Source of the DNA: an uncultured Actinomycetota bacterium
Lineage (GTDB): Bacteria > Actinomycetota > Actinomycetes > Streptosporangiales > Streptosporangiaceae
Assembly (NCBI GenBank): GCA_963767685.1
Contig: CAVYEZ010000013.1
Coordinates: forward strand, 46,457 to 78,456
Direction: 5' to 3'
DNA length: 32,000 nt
Both the position numbers and the translations under genes were made by a program. Under the pieces are notes generated by a model, which worked only from the letters and a program-made list of their open reading frames with translations, was not told where the DNA came from and made no database searches. Below, piece by piece: positions 19,584-26,974 of the stretch (position 1 is the first letter of the stretch; each line of letters starts with the position of its first letter).

Positions 19584-19658
19584 CCAGTCAAGGCAGCCGG
19601 GTGTTGCCAGCGCGTATACGGTTTTCGATACGCCGACGATATGTTGCCGCCCGTAGCG
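19584..19658 (-). promoter_or_regulatory. copy B of the van intergenic module: probable vanH promoter with phased direct repeats
   Basis: Lies immediately upstream of the vanH ATG. On the vanH-sense strand it reads aTATCGtcggcgTATCGaaaaccgTATACg. The repeat units sit at plus coordinates 19637-19641, 19626-19630 and 19614-19618, spaced 11 and 12 bp apart, as expected for OmpR/PhoB-family activators such as VanR. Confidence 0.55.
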
Positions 19659-19669
19659 TGCGGGGACCA

Positions 19670-19710
19670 CGTCACGGTGCATCGCCGGCGAGGGCGACGG
19701 CACCGTGACG
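19670..19710 (-). terminator. hairpin between the DUF1707 gene stop and the vanH promoter module
   Basis: 11-bp perfect arms CGTCACGGTGC / GCACCGTGACG. The 19-nt loop itself contains the palindrome TCGCCGGCGA. It starts 12 nt after the upstream gene's stop codon. Confidence 0.4.
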
Positions 19711-19721
19711 GTGACCGCGCG

Positions 19722-20345
19722 TTACGCGTCTTTGTCCTCGGCCGCCCGCCTGGCCTCGCGGGCCAGTTGCCGTCGCATGATCCAGTCCGGTCGGCGGACG
19801 GTGACCGCTCCGCAGAACACGTCGCAGTTGACGACGATCACCGGCGCTCCGGGCTGAGGCTCGCCGCGCAGCTGTGACGACTTGGCGCCGAGCACCGCGC
19901 GGCCATTCATGCGCACGTCGATCCCGTCGGGCACGAAGATGGTCATCGACCCGAACCTCACGGTGGCGTCGATGGTGGTGACGTGCTGGCGGATTACAGC
20001 CTGTTGCATTTCCAGGTGGCAGTCACCCAGCACTGAGCGGACCGTAATGTGCGCGGGAACCACCCAAGGGCCCTTGCGCGACTCATTGCCCAGCACCGCG
20101 GTGATCTCTACAGGAACCGGCGCAGGGTCACCTTGCGGCAGCGCGGGAAGATCGGTGGTCAGGCCGGTCAGCTCACCAAGGGTGCGCGCGACGAGCGCGG
20201 CGTCACTCCGCTGCGAGTATTCCTCCAGGCTGAGCCGCCCCTCGGCGCTGGCTGCGGCAAGGGCCTCGAGGGTCTGCTCACGGTCGGCGTCCGAGGCACG
20301 CAGCGGGCTGTTCCCCTGCTGTTCGTGTCCGCTGTCAAGACTCAA
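19722..20345 (-). CDS. DUF1707 (SHOCT-like) protein with LiaF-like C-terminal domain (cell-wall-active antibiotic response family)
   Basis: N-terminal LRASDADREQTLEALAAASAEGRLSLEEYSQRSDAALVARTLGELTGLTTDLP matches the DUF1707 signature. The C-terminal beta-rich segment runs GPWVVPAHITVRSVLGDCHLEMQQA...FGSMTIFVPDGIDVRMNGRAVLG. I prefer the TTG at 20345, 6 nt after GGGGAGG. The track ORF extends to a GTG at 20441. Confidence 0.7.
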   Translation of the reverse strand: MSLDSGHEQQGNSPLRASDADREQTLEALAAASAEGRLSLEEYSQRSDAALVARTLGELTGLTTDLPALPQGDPAPVPVEITAVLGNESRKGPWVVPAHITVRSVLGDCHLEMQQAVIRQHVTTIDATVRFGSMTIFVPDGIDVRMNGRAVLGAKSSQLRGEPQPGAPVIVVNCDVFCGAVTVRRPDWIMRRQLAREARRAAEDKDA

Positions 20346-20500
20346 GGCCAGCCTCCCCGGCTTGTTGCTCGGTGGCCCCAGCGCGAACCGCAGCCTGGCC
20401 GATTCTCGTCGATGACAGTGTCGCGCATCAAGTGGAGGCACGGATATCGGCCAGATCGGCTGCCCCCAGGCGGCTCGCGGCCTATTACTCGCGGCCCTGG

Positions 20501-21493
20501 TTACGCGGCCTCGACCTTAGGCATGATCTCTTCCTTTAGCCGCTTGAGGTCGTCGAGCGTCTTGGAGACGGGCACGTCCTGGAACGGCGGCCAGAGGAGC
20601 GGCATCGTGAGCCCGGCTTCCTTGTAGCGCTTGAGCCTATCGGTGATCTGCGCCGCGGTTCCGGCCAGCAGGTTGCTGCCCTTGGCCATCGGCGTTTGAT
20701 CGGTCTCCTGGTCCGTGATCACGAACCAGATCATGCTGCAAATCTCGAGATCGTCGATCGAGCGCGAGCTCTCGAGCTTTTCGAGCTCCCCCTGGATGGC
20801 CGTGCGCCACTGCCGGAGCTCCTCCGGCGAGTCCTGGATACCGATCCACCCCGCCAGGCCGTACTTGGAGATCCGTCGCGCCGAGCGAGCCGGGTCCTTC
20901 AGCCCGCTGAAGAAGATCGGCGGGTGCGGCTTCTGCACCGGTTTCCAGCCGAACCCGCACCGGTCGAAGTCCGCGAACTCGCCGTGGTACTCGAACACGT
21001 CGTTCGTCCAGATGCCCTGCATGACCTCGATCGTCTCGCGCACGTGCGTGTGCCGCTTGGGGAAGATGTGGGCGGCACTGGCGGCCGCGAACTCCTCCGG
21101 CATCCAGCCGGCGCCGATGCCGACGTTCAGCCGGCCGTTCGACAGGTGGTCGACCGTGGCGAGCTCCGCGGCGAGGACGCCGGGCGAGCGGTACGGCGTG
21201 TCGGTGATGCTCATGCCGATCCGCACCTTGGTCGTTTTCGCCGCGAGCCAGGGGATCAGCGGCCAGCCCTGGTACCACTGGCCGCGGGAGGACACCGGCA
21301 GTGCCTTCGGGAACTCATCAATCATGCCGAACGCGTACTGGAGTTCCTGGCGATCGGAGGCTTCGGGGACGATGAGCCGGTCGAGCGTCCAGACGGAGTC
21401 GAAATCGAGCTCCTCGGCCAGGCTGGTGAGATCCTCGAGTTCCTTGACCGTTACGTGTTCGCGGAAGTTTGGCAGGTACAGAGCGAGCTTCAT
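20501..21493 (-). CDS. LLM-class (luciferase-like) flavin/F420-dependent oxidoreductase
   Basis: 330-aa intact ORF with TIM-barrel LLM features: MKLALYLPNF...FDSVWTLDRL, LSNGRLNVGIGAGW, HPPIFFSG. It has the lowest G+C in the window (55-58% on two hand-counted 60-nt lines). Confidence 0.8.
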   Translation of the reverse strand: MKLALYLPNFREHVTVKELEDLTSLAEELDFDSVWTLDRLIVPEASDRQELQYAFGMIDEFPKALPVSSRGQWYQGWPLIPWLAAKTTKVRIGMSITDTPYRSPGVLAAELATVDHLSNGRLNVGIGAGWMPEEFAAASAAHIFPKRHTHVRETIEVMQGIWTNDVFEYHGEFADFDRCGFGWKPVQKPHPPIFFSGLKDPARSARRISKYGLAGWIGIQDSPEELRQWRTAIQGELEKLESSRSIDDLEICSMIWFVITDQETDQTPMAKGSNLLAGTAAQITDRLKRYKEAGLTMPLLWPPFQDVPVSKTLDDLKRLKEEIMPKVEAA

Positions 21494-21647
21494 GAGACGG
21501 GCCTCCCCTTGTGTGTGCGTCCCGTCGCCTTGATGATCCCCTCCTCTGCGGTCGTCAGCAATGGAAGGCCCGTTGGAGGGGTGCGTGTTTCACGCCTTGG
21601 CCGACTGACTGCGCGCCGCATCGCGGAAATAGTGCGAAACTGGAGTC

Positions 21648-22124
21648 ATGCCTGCATCGGACGAGGATCTCCTGATCGAAGACGCGATCAGCCAGCGCAA
21701 GTCGCACAAACGCGGCTACAACCTGTTCGCTACCCTCAGCCTGGCCGCGGTCTTCGGCGCCGTCGGCTGGTTCCTGGTCTTCTGGCTGCGCCCGATGATC
21801 AAGTCGATCCCGCTCCTGCCCCTGGGGTCGGTGACGACCGGCCTGCTGGTCATCGGCCTGATCGCGTTCGCGATCGCCGGGCTGCTGATAGCGGGCAGCT
21901 TCTTCGTCGCCAACCCCTGGGCCCGGTGGGGCGACGCCGTCTCCGGCGCGTGCCCGCTGTGCGGCAAGCGCTCCCTCCGGCAAGAGAAGGTCGAGCACGC
22001 CGGCTGGGTGGAAGGTCACCCCGAGGCCGGCCCTGGGAAGGGCCCTAGGGGCATCGTGACCCTGTGCGAGACCCGGGGCTGCACCTACGCCACCGCCAAG
22101 GTCACCAGCCCAAGCGGCAACTGA
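21648..22124 (+). CDS. hypothetical membrane protein with C-terminal zinc-ribbon-like motif
   Basis: 158 aa with two predicted TM helices (LFATLSLAAVFGAVGWFLVFWL and TTGLLVIGLIAFAIAGLLIAGSFFV). These are followed by CPLCGKRS...LCETRGC (CxxC...CxxxxC). No family recognised. Confidence 0.5.
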   Translation: MPASDEDLLIEDAISQRKSHKRGYNLFATLSLAAVFGAVGWFLVFWLRPMIKSIPLLPLGSVTTGLLVIGLIAFAIAGLLIAGSFFVANPWARWGDAVSGACPLCGKRSLRQEKVEHAGWVEGHPEAGPGKGPRGIVTLCETRGCTYATAKVTSPSGN

Positions 22125-22129
22125 CGCAA

Positions 22130-22172
22130 GCCGGCGGCGGCCAGCGGTCCGGGACCGCTGGCCGCCGCCGGC
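22130..22172. terminator. bidirectional terminator hairpin between convergent genes
   Basis: Near-perfect 43-bp palindrome G-CCGGCGGCGGCCAGCGGTCC-G-GGACCGCTGGCCGCCGCCGG-C. It lies between the stop codons at 22122-22124 (+) and 22183-22185 (-). Confidence 0.6.
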
Positions 22173-22182
22173 CGCTCCGGCG

Positions 22183-23712
22183 CTACCGGCCAGCGGCCCC
22201 GGCCGCTTCTGGCTCGCCGTCGGCCGCGGGTGCTTCCGCCGCCGGGAACTCGGTTACCTCGTCGGGGACCTGGTGGCTGCCGCGCCGCAGGCCCGGCAGC
22301 GCGGCCAGCAGGCCGAGCGCCGCGACGCCGGTGATCACGTAGAGCGCCGGCCGGTAGGCCGACACCACCGCGGCGGGCGAGGTGAGCGTGTTCGCGCCGG
22401 CCGCGTCGACGACCGCGGTGACCACCGCGAGCACCACCGCGCCGCCGACCTGGAACGAGGTCTGGAACAGGCTCGCGGCCAGGCCCTGCTGCTCGTTCCG
22501 CACCCCGGAGGTCGCGGCGACGGTCAGGGCGGAGAAGCCGAAGCCGAATGCCGCGCCCAGCAGGATCACGGACGGGAGTATCACCGCCGGGTAATCCGGC
22601 GTCACGCCTGCCGTCAGGAAGACGGCGTAGCCGGCGACGAGCGAGACGAAGGCGGCGACGACCAGCGCCCCCGGGCCGAACCGGTTGAGCAGTCCGGCGA
22701 CGCGCAGCGACAGCACGAAGACGATTACCCCGGCCGGAAGGAATGCCAGCGCGGTCGAGATCGCCGACCAGTGCGCCAGCGACTGCAGGTACTGAGTCAG
22801 CAGGAACTGGAACGACACATAGCTGCCGAACAGCGTGATCGCCCCGATCTGCGCCCGGCGCAGCGATGCCGACCGGAAGATCCCGAACGGAACGAGCGGG
22901 TGGGTGCTCCGCGTCTCGATCACCGCGAACAGCCCGCCGAGCGCGATGATCGCCGCGAACGAGCCGATCGTCTGCGCCGATCCCCAGCCGACCTGCTGGG
23001 CGTTCACCACGGTGTAGACGAGCAGCAGCACGGCCACGGTGATGACCCCCGCGCCGGGCAGGTCGAACTGATGCCAGGCCCTGTTCGCGCGGTTGCCTCC
23101 CTCGCCTCGCGGGATCAGCGTCAGGGCGCCGAGCAGCACAAGGGCCGCCGCGGGCGCGGACACCAGCAGCGTCCACCGCCAGTTGATCTGCGTGAGCAGG
23201 CCGGACAGCACGAGGCCGAGCGAGAACCCGCTGGCGCCAAACACCGAGTAGATGCTGAACGCCCGGTTCCGCAGCGGGCCTTCAGGGAAGGTCGTGGTCA
23301 GCAGCGACATGCTGGCCGGGGCGGTGAACGCCGCCGCCATGCCCTTGATGATGCGGGCCGCGATCAGCAGGCCCGGGCTCGACACGAGGCCGCCGAGCAG
23401 GGACACCACGGCGAACACCGCGACCGCGGCGACGAACACCCGGCGGCGGCCGAGCAGGTCGGCCGCCCGTCCGCCGAGCAGCAGCAGGCCGCCGTAGCCG
23501 AGCGTGTACCCGCTGACGATCCACTGCAGCGATGAGGTGCTCATGTGCAGTGCGGTCCGGATAGAAGGCAGCGCGACTCCGACCATCGAGACGTCGAGGC
23601 CGTCGAGCAGCAGCGCGCCGCCGAGAACGATAAGGATCCCCCACAGCTGGGGTGTCCAGGTGGTTTCCGTTGATGTGGCCAGCGGCTCCCGCTGGCCTCG
23701 GGAAGAAGCCAT
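22183..23712 (-). CDS. MFS transporter, DHA2 (EmrB/QacA, 14-TMS) drug:H+ antiporter family
   Basis: About 509 aa counted from the ATG at 23712 (MASSRGQREP...). Motif LDVSMVGVALPSI, motif A-like GGRAADLLGRRRVF, about 14 hydrophobic segments, and a divergent MarR partner. The track ORF start at 23754 would overlap the operator region. Confidence 0.9.
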   Translation of the reverse strand: MASSRGQREPLATSTETTWTPQLWGILIVLGGALLLDGLDVSMVGVALPSIRTALHMSTSSLQWIVSGYTLGYGGLLLLGGRAADLLGRRRVFVAAVAVFAVVSLLGGLVSSPGLLIAARIIKGMAAAFTAPASMSLLTTTFPEGPLRNRAFSIYSVFGASGFSLGLVLSGLLTQINWRWTLLVSAPAAALVLLGALTLIPRGEGGNRANRAWHQFDLPGAGVITVAVLLLVYTVVNAQQVGWGSAQTIGSFAAIIALGGLFAVIETRSTHPLVPFGIFRSASLRRAQIGAITLFGSYVSFQFLLTQYLQSLAHWSAISTALAFLPAGVIVFVLSLRVAGLLNRFGPGALVVAAFVSLVAGYAVFLTAGVTPDYPAVILPSVILLGAAFGFGFSALTVAATSGVRNEQQGLAASLFQTSFQVGGAVVLAVVTAVVDAAGANTLTSPAAVVSAYRPALYVITGVAALGLLAALPGLRRGSHQVPDEVTEFPAAEAPAADGEPEAAGAAGR

Positions 23713-23727
23713 GGCCCGACTATATGC

Positions 23728-23771
23728 ATGTACGTGCAATGTTTGCAAGTACATTTAATGCGCTTGCAAGC
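23728..23771. promoter_or_regulatory. candidate MarR operators in the MFS/marR divergent promoter region
   Basis: Imperfect inverted repeat ATGTACGTGCAA-TGT-TTGCAAGTACAT (23728-23754, one arm mismatch) and a perfect 10-bp palindrome GCTTGCAAGC (23762-23771). Both lie in the 86-bp gap between the two start codons. Confidence 0.5.
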
Positions 23772-23798
23772 ATCGAGCCAACCGAGTATGCTGCGGCC

Positions 23799-24260
23799 AT
23801 GGCAACGAGTGCAGCAGCGCGGACGCGTCTGGAGCCGCCGTCGGGCGGCGCGGGGGAGTCCGAGCTCCGGGACCGCGATGAGGCGGTGAAGGCCGCGTGG
23901 CACGCGCTCATTTCCGCGAAGGTCGCGTCCTGGAACGCGCTGGAACGCGAACTCGGCGAGTCGCACGGACTCGGCGTGAGCGACTTCGAGGTGCTCGACC
24001 ACCTGGCCAGCAAGCCGGACGGATGCCGGTCCCAGAGCCTGGCCGACGCGGTGCACCTCAGCCAGAGCGCCCTGTCCCGGCTCGCCGACCGGCTGGAGAG
24101 GCACGGCCTGGTGCAGCGGGCCAACTGCGTGGACGACCGCCGGGGAATCAACCTCGTCCTCACACAAGCGGGGCAGGACAAGCACGCCCAGGCGCTGCGC
24201 ACGTACTGCGCGGTGCTGGCCACCACCCTGCCACCCGAGCTCATCGCGCGCTTCGAGTGA
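23799..24260 (+). CDS. MarR family transcriptional regulator
   Basis: Winged-helix region LGVSDFEVLDHLASKPDGCRSQSLADAVHLSQSALSRLADRLERHGLVQRANCVDDRRGINLVLTQAG. The start is trimmed to the ATG at 23799 (MATSAAART). Confidence 0.85.
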   Translation: MATSAAARTRLEPPSGGAGESELRDRDEAVKAAWHALISAKVASWNALERELGESHGLGVSDFEVLDHLASKPDGCRSQSLADAVHLSQSALSRLADRLERHGLVQRANCVDDRRGINLVLTQAGQDKHAQALRTYCAVLATTLPPELIARFE

Positions 24261-24269
24261 CCGCCCGGC

Positions 24270-24291
24270 CTCCCGCCCGCGCGGGCGGGAG
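24270..24291. terminator. bidirectional terminator hairpin (marR / amidohydrolase convergent pair)
   Basis: Perfect 22-bp palindrome CTCCCGCCCGC|GCGGGCGGGAG, located between the stops at 24258-24260 (+) and 24327-24329 (-). Confidence 0.5.
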
Positions 24292-24326
24292 CGCTAGCCG
24301 GCGGCCCCGGTTTCTCGTTAACCGCG

Positions 24327-25544
24327 TCATGACCGCGCTGGCAGCCAGCCCCAGGGGTGGGTGCCCCAGTACGGGGAGTAGGACTGCCCGGCCCGCAGGG
24401 TGTGCACGGGGACGAGGCCGTAGCCGCCGTGGAACGCCTGGCCGGTCGTATCGGTGAAGGTGAAGTCCCCGTCGACAAGGTCGAGGATCGTGATGTCGGC
24501 GTCCCGGCCGACGGCCAGGGCGCCGATCTCGCCGTCCATGCCGAGGACGCTGGCCGGCCGGGCCGTGGTCATCCGTACCACGTCGGCCAGGCGGTAGCCG
24601 ATGGCCATGAACTTGGCCATGCACTCGAGCAGGCTGTGGAAGGCCTGCCCCATGGCGGTCAGGTCGCTGCTGATCGTGTCGGGGTACAGGCCCAGCTGGG
24701 CCTGCCTGCTCGCGACCTCGTAGCCGAAGTTGCCGCGGCCGAGCGCGGAGTCCAGGATCACGCCGTTCGCGCGGGCCTCGGCGACCTCGGGGAAAGGCTG
24801 GCCCGCGGGGTCGAGCACCCGCCCGGCGTTGGGGGTGCACAGGTGGGTGAGGATGTCGCCCGGTTCCATGGCCTTGAGCAGGAACCTGGTTAGTTCCCCG
24901 GACCTGGCCGCCGCGGTCGCGGTCTTGGCGGTGAAGTCGCCGATGTGCACCATGAGCGGCACCTGGTGGTCCCTGGCCACCGCCTTGGCCGCCGTGATGA
25001 CGTCCTCGCCGAGCTCGCCCATGATCGGGCCGACGAGGCGGAGCTTTACCCCGGCGATCAGGCCCGGGTTGTGCTCGGCGCAGGACGCGAGCGCGGCCCG
25101 GTTGATGTCGCTGAGGCTGTTCACGTCGGCCGGCCCGGGCATGGTGTGCGCGTGGCTGCCCGCGTTCACGTAGGTGATCACCCGGGTGACCGCCTTCGGC
25201 AGGATGTGTGCGGGGAATACCCCGAGGTTCGCCACCCCGACGGAGCCGCAGTCCACCACGGTGGTCACCCCGGACTGCACGCCGATGACGTCGGGGTCGC
25301 AGCAGCCCATCCCGACGCCCTCGGTGACCGCGCCGTGGGCCACGTGCGTGTGCAGGTCGACCAGGCCAGGGACGACGTGACGGCCGGGGCCGCGGGCCTC
25401 GATCACCCGCGCGGCCTCCTCCGTCGGGATGCCGGCCTCGATCCGCGCGATCTTGCCGTCGTGGACGGCGATGTCCAGCGGCCCGTCGAGGCCCTGCCCG
25501 GGGTCGAGGACGTGGCCGCCCTTGATCAGCAGGTCGTAGGTCAT
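24327..25544 (-). CDS. amidohydrolase-superfamily metallohydrolase (deacetylase / dihydroorotase-like)
   Basis: 405 aa. [18 protein letters not shown]...[12 protein letters not shown] composite-domain start, metal-binding [12 protein letters not shown] (HxH), and the later MVHIGD and TH.C motifs. Confidence 0.8.
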   Translation of the reverse strand: MTYDLLIKGGHVLDPGQGLDGPLDIAVHDGKIARIEAGIPTEEAARVIEARGPGRHVVPGLVDLHTHVAHGAVTEGVGMGCCDPDVIGVQSGVTTVVDCGSVGVANLGVFPAHILPKAVTRVITYVNAGSHAHTMPGPADVNSLSDINRAALASCAEHNPGLIAGVKLRLVGPIMGELGEDVITAAKAVARDHQVPLMVHIGDFTAKTATAAARSGELTRFLLKAMEPGDILTHLCTPNAGRVLDPAGQPFPEVAEARANGVILDSALGRGNFGYEVASRQAQLGLYPDTISSDLTAMGQAFHSLLECMAKFMAIGYRLADVVRMTTARPASVLGMDGEIGALAVGRDADITILDLVDGDFTFTDTTGQAFHGGYGLVPVHTLRAGQSYSPYWGTHPWGWLPARS

Positions 25545-25545
25545 G

Positions 25546-26761
25546 TCACTTACCCCAGAGCTGCCTGGTGGCCAGGGCCGCGCCCTCGGCGAGGGCCTCG
25601 AGCTTGGCCCAGGCGATTTCCTCGTGGCCGACCCGGGAGCCGATGCCGCAGTCGGTGCCGCCCTGGACGTTTTCCCGGCCGACCACCGAGGCGTAGCTGA
25701 CCAGCCGCTCGGCGACGAGTCCAGGATGCTCGACCAGGTCGGTGGCGTGCGAGACGACGCCGGGCACCAGGATCCTGCCCTCGGGCAGCTTCACGTCTTC
25801 CCAGACCCGCCACTCGTGCGCGTGCCTGGCGTTGCCTGCCTCGACCGAGTAGGCCTGGGCGTTGACGGTCACCAGCAGGTCGGCGATGTCGGCGAGCGGG
25901 ATGTCGGTGACGTGCGGCCGGTGCCCGCTGCCCCAGCAGACGTGGAACCGGACCTGCTCGGGCGGGATGCCGGCGAGGGCGTGGTTGATGATCTCCACGC
26001 ACCAGCCGAGGAACTTGCGGTACCTGGCGGTGTCCCAGTCGGGGTAGAACTGCCACGAGGTGGCGAACTCCGGCTCGTCGATTTGCACGATCAGCCCGGC
26101 CGCGGCGATGGCCTGGTACTCGCCGCGGACGCACTCGGCGACCGCGGTCATGTACTCCTCCTCCGAGGAGTAGTGCTCGTTGCGGGCCGATGCCCCGAGG
26201 CTCAGCGGGCCGAGCGCGGCCACGAACCCCTCGAACACTGTCGGCCCGTGCTTCGGAGGCCAGCGCCTTGTTCAGCGCGTCGATGTCGGCCTTGATGGCC
26301 GCCTGCCCGGTGTAGCTGACCGGTCCGGTGCACACCCGCTCCCTGGTCGGCTCGGGGGGCGCGCCGGGCGTGAAGAATCCCGGCCGAACGGGGCCGCCGG
26401 AGCCCTGGAGCCAAAGCCCCGAGGCGTAGAACCCGGGGAACAGCCGCCGTTCACGCGCGCCCACGCCGTCCCGCTTGCGCGGCTTGGCCGGGTCGACCGG
26501 CAGCACCTCCCAGCCGGTGACCCGCTGGTGGATGTACCCGGCGTAACTTCCGCCGCCCGCGGCCTTGACGTACTCGCCGTCGTTGACCACGCTGAGCCCG
26601 GCGCTAATCTGCCGGTCCACCACGTACTGCACCGCCTCCGGCAGCCGCTGCGCCGCCTCCGCGCTCACCACCGGGCCAGCCTGCAGCAACGCGTCGAAAT
26701 CGGCCGGCCGCGGCAGGTTCCCGCCGTGCGTCGTGCGGATCCCGTCGGTGCTGAACTTCAT
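25546..26761 (-). pseudogene. cobalamin-independent methionine synthase (MetE C-terminal domain)-like / UROD-fold protein; one frame break near 26250
   Basis: The N-terminal part is in track ORF 25550-26761 (MKFSTDGIRTTHGGNLPRP...VNDGEY...CTGPVSYTG). The C-terminal part is in ORF 25546-26238 (IVQIDEPEF...RFHVCWG...[18 protein letters not shown]...GGTDCGIG). The two join at ...LNKALASE / HGPTVFEGF. The stop lies 1 nt before the start of the downstream amidohydrolase gene. Confidence 0.75.
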
Positions 26762-26974
26762 TAACGGAACTTAACATGGCGCAACGTCAATAGGCGCGTA
26801 AGTTTTGGCCGCGCTGTTTGCAAGGGTCGACCGCACCGCTTGCGGTTAGCCCAGCCCGGTCGCGGGGACCTCGAAGCTGACGCCGGAGGCCGGCGGCTGT
26901 ACCTGGACGAGCCTGCCGTCCTGCCACTGGGCGGGCATACCGCTGGGATCCCGTCCGCCGACGGGCCGGGCCGC

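Noticed and set aside
13328-21594. The 11-mer CGTGTTTCACG (internal inverted repeat CGTG-TTT-CACG) at 13328-13338 and 21584-21594
   Set aside because: There are only two short copies, and one overlaps the putative start of the decayed methyltransferase. I know no regulator with this consensus, and chance cannot be excluded without genome-wide statistics.
26923-26929. GCCACTG (B12-box-like heptamer) in the leader region upstream of the MetE-like gene, suggesting a cobalamin riboswitch
   Set aside because: The heptamer is on the plus strand whereas the gene is on the minus strand. The reverse-complemented leader lacks the other conserved cobalamin-riboswitch elements. It is probably a coincidence.
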